Shown here piece after piece: positions 21,392 through 32,800 of a stretch of DNA of 64,000 nucleotides. The position numbers and the translations under genes were made by a program. Origin of the DNA: Acidiferrobacteraceae bacterium. Its GTDB lineage: Bacteria > Pseudomonadota > Gammaproteobacteria > Acidiferrobacterales > SZUA-150. Below the pieces are notes generated by a model. That model made no database searches. It saw nothing but the letters and a program-made list of their open reading frames with translations, and was not told the origin of the DNA. How positions within the stretch are numbered: the stretch's first letter is position 1; every line of letters begins with the position of its first letter. The stretch lies in contig QIGL01000003.1 in the NCBI GenBank assembly GCA_003228915.1, positions 4,998-68,997 on the forward strand. The letters run 5' to 3'.

Positions 21392-22401
21392 TTACCCTGA
21401 TAATTATCTCATTTCTATTGTCTGCAACACTAACCTGGTTGTTGTTATCCAACAAGCTGGGCATCAAATTGCTTGACCAACCCAATAATAGATCATTGCA
21501 TAGCACGCCGATACCAAGAAGCGGCGGACTGGCAATTGCGGCAACACTATTCGTTATGTTTATTATAAACATAACGGCATTGCCTGAGGTAGTTATCAAT
21601 ATTGCTATTGGTGCACTTGTTATATTTTCTATTTCAGTGATAGACGACATAAAGCACGTGCCTTCGATTTTACGTTTAGGTTTCCATCTCTCAGGGGCGG
21701 GCTGGTTAGTTTATGCCGGGTTTGGTCTCGATTCTGTTATCTTGCCAGGAGGTGAAGAAATAATATTATCTAAACCAGTTTCATGGTTAATAACAATCCT
21801 GCTCGTTACCTGGATGACGAATCTTTATAACTTCATGGATGGCATGGATGGTTTTGCTGGTGGCATGTCCGTTATCGGGTTTAGTGTGCTCGCATTTGTA
21901 TTTTTACCAAACTCTCTGACTATGGCTATGGTCTCCATTATTATAGTTACCGCAACACTGGGATTCCTGGTTTTTAATTTTCCGCCAGCAAAAATATTTA
22001 TGGGCGATTCAGGATCTTCATTGCTTGGATATCTTGCCGCTAGCCTGATGCTGACTGCCGACAAAACTGACGTTATGCCAATTTGGTTATCAGTAATTGT
22101 ATTTTCGCCATTTATTATAGATGCCACAATAACCTTGATAGCAAGAGTATCAAAAAAACAAAAAATATGGATTGCTCACAAACAGCATTATTATCAGCGA
22201 CTAGTTGAGTTGGGCTGGAGTCACCGAAAAACCGTGTTAACGGAATACTGTCTGATGCTTATTTGTGGAATAATAGCCATCGCTGGAACATACGCAGCAG
22301 CAGTGGGGCAGTTTATTATTGTAGGGTTTTTTATCATCCTGTATATTGCCATCGTGTTTATGACAAATATGACCCTGAAAAGTAGTACTAACAAGACCTG
22401 A
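21388..22401 (+). CDS. Polyprenol-phosphate N-acetylhexosamine-1-phosphate transferase (GT4, WecA/WbpL-like initiating transferase)
   Basis: 337 aa polytopic membrane protein with 'NLYNFMDGMDG' and 'IFMGDSGS' motifs. It overlaps the upstream gene by 4 nt. Confidence 0.85.
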   Translation: MITLIIISFLLSATLTWLLLSNKLGIKLLDQPNNRSLHSTPIPRSGGLAIAATLFVMFIINITALPEVVINIAIGALVIFSISVIDDIKHVPSILRLGFHLSGAGWLVYAGFGLDSVILPGGEEIILSKPVSWLITILLVTWMTNLYNFMDGMDGFAGGMSVIGFSVLAFVFLPNSLTMAMVSIIIVTATLGFLVFNFPPAKIFMGDSGSSLLGYLAASLMLTADKTDVMPIWLSVIVFSPFIIDATITLIARVSKKQKIWIAHKQHYYQRLVELGWSHRKTVLTEYCLMLICGIIAIAGTYAAAVGQFIIVGFFIILYIAIVFMTNMTLKSSTNKT

Positions 22402-22414
22402 TGTAGACTCAATT

Positions 22415-24280
22415 ATGCTTGGCAGATTACGAAGTAGATACACAGCATTCGCACATGATTTAATCATGGTGCCGGTCGCCTGGTTTTTTGCTTACTGGTT
22501 GCGCTTCAATTTGCAGGAAATACCACAGCCTTACCTCAACAGTGCCATTGTGCTGTTTCCGGTGGTTATTACAATACAGGCCCTGGTTTTTTGGCGTTTC
22601 GGGCTCTATCGTGGCGTATGGCGTTTTGCATCTATGCCGGATTTAGTCAGGATTACAAAAGCAGTTTTTATCGGGTTGTTAGCGACAACATTAATAATAT
22701 TTTTATTTACCAGGTTACAAAACGTCCCGCGATCAGTTTTTCCCATCTACGGTATCTTGTTGCTTGGTTTGCTGAGCGGGCCAAGATTTTTGTATCGATG
22801 GTTCACCGATCGCCAGATGTATTTTGCGGATGGCAAAAGGTTATTAATTATCGGCGCAGGTAGCGCCGGAGATCTTCTCGTCAGAGATTTAATGCGAGAT
22901 AATATGCGTGACTTTCTGCCAATTGGGTTTGTTGATGACGATAACAAAAAAATTGGCAGAGAAATTCATGGTATACGTGTGCTCGGAAGCTGTGATGACA
23001 TCCCGAATGTTGTCGTAAAACATGATATAGAACAAATTGTCATCGCTATGCCTTCAATAAATGCCAGGGCAATGCAACGCATTGTCCAGATATGCGAAAA
23101 AAGCAAAGTAGGCTTTAGAACTTTACCAAAAATACAGGACCTGGCTTCAGGGAAATTGTCTGTTCAGTCAATCAGGGAAGTTTCGATTAGTGACCTGCTC
23201 GGCCGAGAACAGGTATCGCTTGATTGGACAAGTATTAACGAGGGTTTTGGTGGTAAAACTGTACTGGTAACCGGCGGCGGCGGATCAATAGGTGCCGAGT
23301 TATGCAGGCAAATAGCGAAATTAGGGCCTCGGTTATTAATCGTGCTCGATCAAAGTGAGTATAATCTTTACACCATTGATCTGGAGCTAAGACAGGCGCT
23401 TCCTAATTTAAAAGTAGAGTCTGTGCTAGGGGATGTTTGCGACGCTGTTCTGCTTGATGAAGTTTTTTCACATCATAAGCCGGATATGGTATTCCACGCG
23501 GCAGCATATAAGCATGTGCCCCTCCTTGAGAATCAATACAGAGCGGCGGCACTTAATAATATTCTTGGCACAAAAACATTGGCAACCTATAGCGATAAAT
23601 ATGATTGTAAGGTTTTTGTCCTGGTCTCGTCTGATAAGGCTGTCAATCCGACAAATATTATGGGGGCAACTAAAAGAAGTGCTGAAATTATTTGTCAGAA
23701 AATAAATAAGCAATCTGCTACAAAATTTATTACCGTTAGATTTGGCAATGTTCTTGATTCAGCGGGCAGCGTTATCCCATTATTCAGGAAACAGATAAAA
23801 AACAATGGGCCGGTAACTGTCACTCACCCGGATATTACCAGGTACTTCATGTCTATACCCGAAGCAGCCCAATTGATACTTCAGTCGGGCGTCATCGGAG
23901 ATGGAGGTGAAATATTTGTCCTTGATATGGGTGACCCTATAAAAATATCATATTTGGCGGAACAAATGATTTTGTTATCCGGAAAAATACCAGGTGAAGA
24001 TATTGAAATTACCTATACAGGTTTACGGCCTGGTGAAAAGCTGTACGAAGAATTATTTCATGAAAAAGAAAAATTAAAGGATACGATTCACCCGAAAATT
24101 TTACTGGCAAAAGGAAGGAGTATTAACGAGAAAAAAATTGAAAATTATATTGAAAGACTGATTGTTGCCTGTAAAGAAAATAAAAAAGAAGAAATAAGAA
24201 AAGTAGTCTCTGAATTTGTCCCGGAGCTATCAAAGACAGAAATCAGTGCGAATGAAAATGTATTCCAAATTAAAAAATAG
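22415..24280 (+). CDS. Membrane-anchored nucleotide-sugar 4,6-dehydratase/epimerase (CapD/WbpM family)
   Basis: 621 aa with four N-terminal TM helices. It has two Rossmann regions ('LIIGAGSAG', 'VTGGGGSIGAEL') and the 'YKHVPL' context. Confidence 0.9.
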   Translation: MLGRLRSRYTAFAHDLIMVPVAWFFAYWLRFNLQEIPQPYLNSAIVLFPVVITIQALVFWRFGLYRGVWRFASMPDLVRITKAVFIGLLATTLIIFLFTRLQNVPRSVFPIYGILLLGLLSGPRFLYRWFTDRQMYFADGKRLLIIGAGSAGDLLVRDLMRDNMRDFLPIGFVDDDNKKIGREIHGIRVLGSCDDIPNVVVKHDIEQIVIAMPSINARAMQRIVQICEKSKVGFRTLPKIQDLASGKLSVQSIREVSISDLLGREQVSLDWTSINEGFGGKTVLVTGGGGSIGAELCRQIAKLGPRLLIVLDQSEYNLYTIDLELRQALPNLKVESVLGDVCDAVLLDEVFSHHKPDMVFHAAAYKHVPLLENQYRAAALNNILGTKTLATYSDKYDCKVFVLVSSDKAVNPTNIMGATKRSAEIICQKINKQSATKFITVRFGNVLDSAGSVIPLFRKQIKNNGPVTVTHPDITRYFMSIPEAAQLILQSGVIGDGGEIFVLDMGDPIKISYLAEQMILLSGKIPGEDIEITYTGLRPGEKLYEELFHEKEKLKDTIHPKILLAKGRSINEKKIENYIERLIVACKENKKEEIRKVVSEFVPELSKTEISANENVFQIKK

Positions 24281-24323
24281 AAAATATCTGAAAACTATAA
24301 CATTCTAGATAGATCAGCCACTA

Positions 24324-25670
24324 ATGAAACTAACGATAATTGGAACTGGTTATGTCGGCCTGGTGACGGGCGCATGTTTCTCGGAAATGGGAAATGATGT
24401 GATGTGCGTCGATACAGATGAAAATAAGATCAGCAAACTGGCTGCAGGCGAAATTCCTATTTATGAGCCAGGACTTGATGAAATAGTAATCAGGAATGTA
24501 CAAGATGGCCGTTTAACATTTACCACTGATATCAAGGAAGGGGCAGATTTTTCTAACGTTTATTTCATTGCAGTAGGCACACCACCTGGCGAGGATGGCT
24601 CGGCAGATTTGAAATATGTACTGGAAGTAGCTGCCCAAATAGGTAATCACATAGACAGCTATACCGTTATTGTCGATAAATCGACTGTGCCAGTCGGAAC
24701 AGCCGATAAAGTTCGTGAAGAAATTAAGTCCAGCCTGAAAAAAAGAGATAAAAACATAGATTTCGATGTTGTAAGTAACCCCGAGTTCTTGAAAGAGGGC
24801 GCGGCCGTCGATGACTTTTTAAAACCTGACCGGATAATATTGGGCGTGGAGAGTGTAAAAGCAGCAGAAATTATGTCTGAATTGTATGCACCGTTTACCC
24901 GTAATCATGAACGAATTATAAAAATGGGTATTCGTGATGCGGAGATGACTAAATATACTGCCAATGCCATGTTAGCGACCAAGATATCTTTTATGAATGA
25001 AATAGCCAGTCTTTGCGATTTAATGGGTGTCGATGTAGAGCAAGTGCGACTCGGGATTGGTTCTGATAGCAGGATTGGCTATTCGTTTATCTATCCTGGC
25101 GCAGGTTATGGTGGGTCCTGTTTTCCAAAGGACGTTAAAGCTTTGGCGCACATGGCTGGTAAATATAAATTTAACCCGGTTATTTTAAATGCTGTAGAAA
25201 ATAGAAATTTTTCACAAAAAACAGTGCTAGCGGAAAAAGTCAAAAAACGTTTCGGTAGTAATTTAAAAGGTAAAATATTTGCAGTTTGGGGTCTTGCATT
25301 TAAACCCGGCACTGACGATATGCGGGAAGCCCCCTCAATTGAAATTATAAAATCCCTTACAGACGCCGGCGCAAAAATACAGGCATTTGACCCTGTAGCC
25401 ACGGAAACAGCATTGATTGAAATTAAAAAAGAAGTTAAACAGTCTGAATCCGTGCAGTTACTGGACGAACAATACAGTGTTTTGATTAATGCAGATGCCT
25501 TGATATTAATTACGGAATGGAAGCAATTTCGCAGGCCCGATTTCTTAAAAATTAAAAAAAGTTTACGAGAAGCAGTCATTTTTGATGGTCGCAATCAATA
25601 TGACCCGGAGGCACTTCAGCTAAATGGCTTTGAATACTACGGAATTGGCAGAACATTCAGCGAAAAATAA
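24324..25670 (+). CDS. ugd: UDP-glucose 6-dehydrogenase
   Basis: 448 aa with 'IIGTGYVGLVTGACF' and the catalytic 'GGSCFPKD' motif. Confidence 0.94.
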   Translation: MKLTIIGTGYVGLVTGACFSEMGNDVMCVDTDENKISKLAAGEIPIYEPGLDEIVIRNVQDGRLTFTTDIKEGADFSNVYFIAVGTPPGEDGSADLKYVLEVAAQIGNHIDSYTVIVDKSTVPVGTADKVREEIKSSLKKRDKNIDFDVVSNPEFLKEGAAVDDFLKPDRIILGVESVKAAEIMSELYAPFTRNHERIIKMGIRDAEMTKYTANAMLATKISFMNEIASLCDLMGVDVEQVRLGIGSDSRIGYSFIYPGAGYGGSCFPKDVKALAHMAGKYKFNPVILNAVENRNFSQKTVLAEKVKKRFGSNLKGKIFAVWGLAFKPGTDDMREAPSIEIIKSLTDAGAKIQAFDPVATETALIEIKKEVKQSESVQLLDEQYSVLINADALILITEWKQFRRPDFLKIKKSLREAVIFDGRNQYDPEALQLNGFEYYGIGRTFSEK

Positions 25671-25687
25671 TTAGACAGGCATAAATA

Positions 25688-26305
25688 ATGCGCATGCGAA
25701 GTAATAATAAAGCCAGTACGAATACTGTTTGGCACAATGCAACTGTAACCCGGGATAAACGTGAGAAGTTAAACAGGCACAAAGGTGCAGTTGTCTGGTT
25801 CACCGGATTATCTGGTTCTGGTAAATCAACAATTGCACATTCTGTCGAGGAAAAATTGCATCAAAAGAATTGCCGTACGTATGTTTTTGATGGCGATAAT
25901 GTTCGTCACGGACTTTGTTCTGATCTTGGCTTCAGCATTGAAGACAGGACTGAGAATATCCGCAGAATCGCAGAAATGTGCAATTTATTTCTCGATGCAG
26001 GCGTTATAGCGTTGACTGCATTTATCTCTCCATTTAAAAAGGACAGGGCATTCGTAAAGAAATTGTTAGGTGATGGTTACATAGAAATACATTGTGATTG
26101 CTCGGTAGAGACTTGTGAGCAACGAGATGTTAAGGGTTTTTATAAAAAAGCGCGCGCAGGAAAAATAAGCGATTTTACGGGTATCTCATCGCCATATGAA
26201 ATACCTGAAGCACCTGATCTTGTTCTCAATACAGATAAAATGAGTCTTGATGATTGTGTTTCAGCAACAATCAGATTGCTTGAAAAAAAAGGAATATCCA
26301 GGTAA
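25688..26305 (+). CDS. cysC: Adenylylsulfate (APS) kinase
   Basis: 205 aa with '[15 protein letters not shown]', '[10 protein letters not shown]'-like '[10 protein letters not shown]', and 'FISPF'. Confidence 0.93.
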   Translation: MRMRSNNKASTNTVWHNATVTRDKREKLNRHKGAVVWFTGLSGSGKSTIAHSVEEKLHQKNCRTYVFDGDNVRHGLCSDLGFSIEDRTENIRRIAEMCNLFLDAGVIALTAFISPFKKDRAFVKKLLGDGYIEIHCDCSVETCEQRDVKGFYKKARAGKISDFTGISSPYEIPEAPDLVLNTDKMSLDDCVSATIRLLEKKGISR

Positions 26306-26363
26306 TTGCAAACGAACACGCAGACTCTATCAGAAATATCGGGCACTACAGGGCAAAAATAAT

Positions 26364-27254
26364 ATGAATAAAATTACAAAAGCAGTTTTTCCGGTAGCGG
26401 GTATGGGTGCACGGTTTTTGCCGGCAACAAAAGCCATGCCCAAGGAAATGCTGCCAATAGTCGACAAACCGCTAATACAGTATGCAGTAGAGGAGGCTGT
26501 GGAAGCGGGTGTCACGGAGTTAATTTTTGTAATAGGGCGCACCAAACGGGCAATACCGGATCATTTCGATAAAGCCTACGAGCTGGAAGTGGAATTAGAG
26601 AATCGTGGCAAGCAAGAATCGTTAAAACTCGTTAGAGATATTGTCCCCAAACATGTCACCTGTGTATACCTGCGACAAGCAGAAGCACTGGGGTTGGGTC
26701 ATGCAGTGTTGTGCACAAAGCAGGTTGTTGGTAACGAACCCTTTGCGGTGCTATTGGCAGATGATCTTATTAAAAGCAAAAAAGGCGTGGTTGCGCAAAT
26801 GGCCGAACAATTTAACCAATTAGGTAGTAGTATATTAGGCGTACAAAAAGTGGCTATGGACAAGACCGCCAGTTATGGAATAATCGACTACCAAGAAAAA
26901 AACGATAATGTTGTAAAAAAAATTAGCGGAATTATTGAAAAACCGGATCCAGCTGATGCGCCATCTGACCAGGCAGTGATTGGCAGATATATTTTAAACC
27001 CGGATATATTTAAGTACCTTGAGAAAGTAAAACCAGGTGCTGGTGGGGAAATACAGTTAACTGATGCAATTGCCATGTTAATAGAAAGTGAGCCAGTATA
27101 TGCCTTCAAATTTGACGGAGTACGCTATGACTGTGGCAGTAAAATTGGTTATCTAAAGGCGACTGTGGACTATGCGCTGGATCATCCTGCCCTGGGAAGT
27201 GAATTTTCAGACTACCTGAGGTATAAAACCGGTAAAATACAAGAAAAGAGTTGA
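26364..27254 (+). CDS. galU: UTP-glucose-1-phosphate uridylyltransferase
   Basis: It has '[35 protein letters not shown]'. The track ORF starts at 26247 and overlaps cysC. The ATG at 26364 gives the canonical GalU N-terminus. Confidence 0.93.
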   Translation: MNKITKAVFPVAGMGARFLPATKAMPKEMLPIVDKPLIQYAVEEAVEAGVTELIFVIGRTKRAIPDHFDKAYELEVELENRGKQESLKLVRDIVPKHVTCVYLRQAEALGLGHAVLCTKQVVGNEPFAVLLADDLIKSKKGVVAQMAEQFNQLGSSILGVQKVAMDKTASYGIIDYQEKNDNVVKKISGIIEKPDPADAPSDQAVIGRYILNPDIFKYLEKVKPGAGGEIQLTDAIAMLIESEPVYAFKFDGVRYDCGSKIGYLKATVDYALDHPALGSEFSDYLRYKTGKIQEKS

Positions 27255-27806
27255 ATGACAAACATAACAGACAAGCAAGCCAAGCAAATACTGGCAAAAG
27301 CCGACTGTCTCTATACAGAATCGGAAGTTGAGTCAGCGATAAATGTTATTGCCAAGGATCTAAATAATGATCTCAAGGATAAAAATCCAATTTTTGTCTG
27401 CATTATGACGGGCGGCACAATACCATTTGCAAAACTTCTAATGTTATTTCGTTCTCCATGTGAAATAGATTATGTCCATGCAACCAGGTACAAGAGCAAT
27501 AAGGCAAGTGACGAACTTGAATGGATTTCAGGCCCGAATATAAACCCAAAAGACAGGGTAGTAGTTTTGATTGATGACATTCTCGACGAAGGCGTTACTT
27601 TGTCACAAATAGAAAACAGATTTATTCATTTGCAAGCAAAAGAAATAAAAAAAGTAGTGCTTGTCAACAAAGAACGTCCTCGCAGCATTAATGTAAAAGC
27701 AGATTACATTGGCTTGAATGTGCCCGATAGATACGTGTTTGGTTATGGCATGGATTATAAAGGTTATTTGAGAAATGTTGCTGGCATTTATGCCGAGGTA
27801 ATCTAG
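27255..27806 (+). CDS. hpt: Hypoxanthine-guanine phosphoribosyltransferase
   Basis: 183 aa with the PRPP-binding motif 'VVVLIDDILDEGVT'. Confidence 0.85.
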   Translation: MTNITDKQAKQILAKADCLYTESEVESAINVIAKDLNNDLKDKNPIFVCIMTGGTIPFAKLLMLFRSPCEIDYVHATRYKSNKASDELEWISGPNINPKDRVVVLIDDILDEGVTLSQIENRFIHLQAKEIKKVVLVNKERPRSINVKADYIGLNVPDRYVFGYGMDYKGYLRNVAGIYAEVI

Positions 27807-27808
27807 AC

Positions 27809-28549
27809 ATGGCAGACATCGGAATTATAGGCGGTAGTGGCTTAACAGATCTTAAAAACCTGGAAATAACACGACGAGAAGTAATCAGAACACCATACGG
27901 TGAACCATCTGCACCCATTGTTTTTGGCAAGTTAGGGGGCAGGGAAATTCTCTTTTTACCCAGGCATGGCCCCGGACATACAATCCCGCCGCATCAAATC
28001 AACTACCGCGCGAATATCTGGGCACTGAAAGATGCCGGCGTTAAAAAAGTAATTGCAGTTGCGGCAGTTGGTGCGATTACGAACCTGGAGCCAAAACTCA
28101 TTCTAATTCCTGACCAGATTATAGATTATACCTATGGCAGGGCGCACACGTACTTTGATGGTGATAGTCGACAGGTAAAACACGTTGATTTTACAAATCC
28201 TTATTGTGAAGAATTAAGAGAAGAGTTAATAAGCTCAATTAAGTCTGCAAAAATTAATGCGGTGTTTTCTGGCACCTATGGGGCGACACAAGGCCCCCGG
28301 TTCGAAACTACAGCGGAAATAAACAGGCTGGAAAATGATGGTGCTGATATTGTTGGTATGACAGGTATGCCTGAAGCAGGGTTGGCCCGTGAGCTGGGAT
28401 TATGTTATGCCACCATAGCCGTGTCAGCAAACCCGGCCGCGGGTAAAAGTAAAGAAATAATTGATATCAAACAAGTTGAAAAAACACTTGAGCAGGGTAT
28501 GGAGCAAGTCCGAAAAATACTGGAACACGCGATACCTTCAATAAACTAG
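27809..28549 (+). CDS. MTAP-family purine nucleoside phosphorylase (methylthioadenosine/methylthioinosine phosphorylase)
   Basis: 246 aa with 'IGIIGGSGL', 'FLPRHG..H.IPPH.INYRANIWALK' and 'VGMTGMPEA'. Confidence 0.85.
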   Translation: MADIGIIGGSGLTDLKNLEITRREVIRTPYGEPSAPIVFGKLGGREILFLPRHGPGHTIPPHQINYRANIWALKDAGVKKVIAVAAVGAITNLEPKLILIPDQIIDYTYGRAHTYFDGDSRQVKHVDFTNPYCEELREELISSIKSAKINAVFSGTYGATQGPRFETTAEINRLENDGADIVGMTGMPEAGLARELGLCYATIAVSANPAAGKSKEIIDIKQVEKTLEQGMEQVRKILEHAIPSIN

Positions 28550-28558
28550 GACAAGCCG

Positions 28559-29167
28559 CTAATGTTTGCTTGCATTCACCTTGTTAACCTGAACAATGAC
28601 ACCAAACCTGGGATGGTCAAAATAGTTTAAAGCGGCAGAACGGACACGCCTGTTTTCTTTGATAATAAAATAATTTGCAGTATTTCCAAAGCTAGTATTT
28701 CCATCCATGCCTTTATTGTCACCACCATTCTCAGCCGCCATTAGTTCTTCTGTCAGCACCAGGTTCAGGTTAACGTGTAAAAAACGGCCCTTGTAGAAGA
28801 GCACAGTACCATCTAGTTTTTCTTCGCCATTGGCAATTCGGATCAGTTTGGCTTCAGTTTTTGGAATCGCATCCTGGATCCATCTTTTGTGACTAATGAT
28901 TGTGTAATCACCGCTTGCAAGTAATTTGTCTGATATTTTCCTGATTTCAGATTCAGCCGGGACACCACCACCTGCTGGCGAGGCATTGTCAACATCTGGT
29001 TGATTGTTGGGGTCAATATCCTGCAGCCAGAGCTCGCTACCTTGATCTTCAATTTGCATATTTTTAAAAACAAGAATTTCAACTTCATAAACGGGTATTT
29101 TCTCAGAAGCCGCAATTGCTGATGATGAAAATAACAGGCCTGCTAACAGGAGGGGTAAATACTTCAT
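28559..29167 (-). CDS. CsiV/DUF2803-like periplasmic protein
   Basis: The ORF is open to 29203. The start at 29167 gives a clean signal peptide 'MKYLPLLLAGLLFSSSAIAA'. The 'YEVEILVF', 'HKRWIQ' and 'ALNYFDHPRFGVIV' blocks resemble the CsiV family from memory. Confidence 0.55.
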   Translation of the reverse strand: MKYLPLLLAGLLFSSSAIAASEKIPVYEVEILVFKNMQIEDQGSELWLQDIDPNNQPDVDNASPAGGGVPAESEIRKISDKLLASGDYTIISHKRWIQDAIPKTEAKLIRIANGEEKLDGTVLFYKGRFLHVNLNLVLTEELMAAENGGDNKGMDGNTSFGNTANYFIIKENRRVRSAALNYFDHPRFGVIVQVNKVNASKH

Positions 29168-29232
29168 AATATTTTCCAGATAGTGTCTAATTCGAGAGTT
29201 CATGATTGTAGATCGTCAAAGGAATTATTTGT

Positions 29233-29769
29233 ATGGCCGTTCGTCAGATATTAAAAATGGGTGACCCGGAACTCTACCAGTCTTGTGAGCCAGTGCAAGA
29301 ATTTAATACGTCTGTACTGACAGGCATAATTGAAGATATGTTCGATACCATGGCCGAACACAATGGCGTTGGCCTGGCAGCACCACAAATCGGCATTCAA
29401 AAGCGAATAGTAATTTTTGGCCTGGAAAGTAATCCCCGGTACCCGGATGCGGAAACTGTACCTGAAACCATATTGATTAACCCGGTCATTACGCCTGTTG
29501 GTGATTTGCAGGAAGAGGGCTGGGAGGGTTGCCTGAGCATTCCGGGTATGCGCGGCCTGGTTTCCAGGTATAGCAAAATTAAATATAGCGGATTGTCACC
29601 CGCAGGAAAAAATATAGCGCGTGAAGTTGAAGGTTTTCATGCCCGGGTAGTACAACATGAGTGCGATCATCTGGACGGAATACTTTATCCACTCAGGATA
29701 AGGGATATGAGAAATTTTGGTTATGAAGAGGCCTTGTCTCAGTCTGATACAGACGAGCCTGAAATCTAG
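29233..29769 (+). CDS. def: Peptide deformylase
   Basis: 178 aa with '[10 protein letters not shown]', 'EGCLSIPG' and 'HECDHLDG' metal-site motifs. Confidence 0.93.
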   Translation: MAVRQILKMGDPELYQSCEPVQEFNTSVLTGIIEDMFDTMAEHNGVGLAAPQIGIQKRIVIFGLESNPRYPDAETVPETILINPVITPVGDLQEEGWEGCLSIPGMRGLVSRYSKIKYSGLSPAGKNIAREVEGFHARVVQHECDHLDGILYPLRIRDMRNFGYEEALSQSDTDEPEI

Positions 29770-29810
29770 CACAGTTTCCGGGCCAGGCTAAAGGTAGCCC
29801 GAATAAGCTT

Positions 29811-32800
29811 TTAATCAGACTTTAAATATTCAATTACTTCTGAAATTTTTATAATCCTGTCGTTAATGGACGGCATTTCGTCAATCAAACGCAGTTTGTC
29901 TGGTCCTTCAAGCCTGAATTTCTTTGGTTGCGACTGCAAAAGCTGAATAATTCTGGATGAGTCAACACTGGGGTGGCTCTCAAATTCAAAACGCGCACCT
30001 TTGGCGTTGATATCAATTTTTCGGATTCCGATTGCAGAGGCAAGTAATTTCAGTTGCGTCACCTTGAACAGGAGCAGCCCTTCTTCTGGTAACAAGCCGA
30101 AACGGTCGATAATTTCTTCTTTCAGTAATTTCAGCGCTTCCGGATTTTTTGCATTGGCAACACGTTTGTAAAGCACCAGGCGTATATGAACGTCAGGCAG
30201 GTAGGCGTCAGGAAATAATGTAGGCGCATGAATATTTATTTCGGTGCCACTATGGGTGTGGGTATCAATTTCCAGTTGCCCACCCGCCTTGAGTGTTTCT
30301 ATGGCACGATTTAATAATTCTGAGTAAAGTGTAAACCCTATTTCATTTATCTCACCGCTTTGTTGTTCGCCCAGAATTTCTCCGGCACCCCTGATTTCGA
30401 GATCGTTCGAGGCCAGGGCAAAACCTGCCCCCAGATCCTCCAGTGCACTGATGGCGTCCAGGCGTTTGCGGGCATCAGCGGTGATGCTTTTTCGGGATGG
30501 AATCATCAGGTAGGCATAGGCTCGATGATGCGATCTGCCAACACGTCCGCGAAGTTGATGCAATTGTGCCAATCCGAATTTATCGGCACGATGAATAATG
30601 ATTGTGTTCGCAGAGGGCACGTCGATCCCGGATTCAATGATCGTAGTACATAACAGGACATTAAAGCGCTGGTGATAAAAATCCAGCATGACATTTTCCA
30701 GTTGGCGCTCAGGCATTTGGCCGTGGGCAATACGGATATTTGCCTCGGGTACCAACTCAGCCAGATCACGTTCTGTTTTTTGCATAGTCCTGACTTCGTT
30801 ATGCAGGATGTATACTTGTCCACCGCGCCGTATTTCCCGGATGCAAGCTTCTCTTATCAGGGCGTTATTATTTTCATAAACAAATGTTTTTACGGACAGG
30901 CGTTCTTCCGGAGCTGTTGCGATAATAGAAATATCCCGCATACCTGACAAGGCCATATTCAGCGTGCGTGGTATCGGCGTGGCCGTGAGCGTCAATATGT
31001 CAACAGTGGCGCGCATTGATTTCAGTTTTTCCTTGTGCCTGACACCAAAACGATGCTCTTCATCAACCACAATCAGGCCAATCGCTTTAAATTTAATATC
31101 AGGCTGTAGTAACCTGTGGGTACCAATGACAATATCCGCTTTACCATTGGTTATGTTTTTTATTGTTTGTTCAATTTCTTTTTTTGTTTTAAAGCGCGAC
31201 AACAGTTCAATGTTTACGGCTTCGTCTGAAAACCTGTCAAGAAAATTTTGATAATGTTGCTGTGCCAGTAAAGTCGTCGGAACCAGTATTGCTACCTGTT
31301 TTCCGGAATTAACAGCCGCAAATGTTGCGCGAAGTGCCACCTCTGTTTTACCAAATCCAACATCGCCACAAACCAGCCTGTCCATTGGTTTGGGTTGGCA
31401 CATATCTGCCAGGACATCTTCTATTGCTTTTTCCTGGTCAGGTGTTTCCTCGAACGGGAAAAGCTGTTTAAAATGATCATAGGCTACCGAGTCGATTTTG
31501 CACTGGTGGCCAATGCCCGCACTTCGTTTCGCCTGGACATCAAGTAATTCCACCGCGGCATCATGGGCTTTTTTCTGGGCTCTTCTTTTAGCCTTTTCCC
31601 AGGCTTCACCGCCAAGTTTGTGCAGTGGTGTGCTATCAGGATTAATGCCGGTGTATCTGCTGACAAGGTGTAGTGATACCACCGGGATATAGAGCTTGTC
31701 GCCACCAGCATATGCAAGCGTTAAAAACTCTGTCAAACCGTCACCCACGTCCATGGATTGTAATCCGAGATAACGACCAATACCGTGGTCCTCGTGGACA
31801 ACGGGATCGCCGGATTTAAGCTCAGCCAGGTTTCGGATAATAACGTCAGGATCACGGGCTGTTTCTGAACGTCTTCTCTTTTGCGATGCGCGGGCACCAT
31901 ACAATTGGGCCTCACAAATAATCGTAATATTCGGATTATCAAGTTCCAGTCCTTTTTCCAGCTCCCCGGTTGTCAGCCCAACTTTGCAAGCATCACCTAT
32001 GAAACCATGCCAGTGATCAAAAACTTCGACATCAATTTTATTTGCCTTTAAGAGTGATCTTAGGGTTTCCCGGCGACCCGTGGTTTCAGCGACAATTAAA
32101 ATTCTTTTACCTGATTTTTTTATAAAATTAAATAACTGCTGATAGGGATTGTCTGAATGGGCATCCACCTGTAGTTGTGGTGGCGGTAAAGAATCAAAAC
32201 GGGATAGTCCGGCGCTTTCAAAACCGGGAATATTAATTGTCTCTGACTCATTGGCTTGAAAATCCAGTAAAGCAATGCGCGGCCAATGTGAAATTTCTGC
32301 GAAAAAACGATCTGCATCAAGAAACAGGCATTCTGGTTTCAGGACAGGCTTTTCCCGAAATAACTTTCGTTCAGCATAACGTTCAGCAACCTCCGATTGA
32401 AAATCCCTGGCGAGGTGATAAGTCGTTTCCGTAACAACAACCAATGATTTTTTTGGCAGGTAATCAAAAATGGACTCCAGTTGTTCGAAATAGAGTGGCA
32501 GATAGTATTCAATGCCTGGCGGCATCAGGCCGTTGCTGACGTCACGGTAAAGTGAATTTTTCTGGGGATCGCCTTCGAAACGACTCCTGAATCGTTGCCT
32601 GAAATTATTGATACCCACTTCCGAGGTCGGAAATTCACGGGCAGGCAATAAACGTATTGATTTTAGCTGGTTGCCTGAACGCTGTGTGGCCGGATCAAAT
32701 AACCGTATTGACTCAAGCTCGTCGCCAAACAAATCGAGCCTGAAAGGTTGTTTGCTGCCCATGGGGAACAGGTCGACCAGTCCGCCTCGAACTGCAAACT

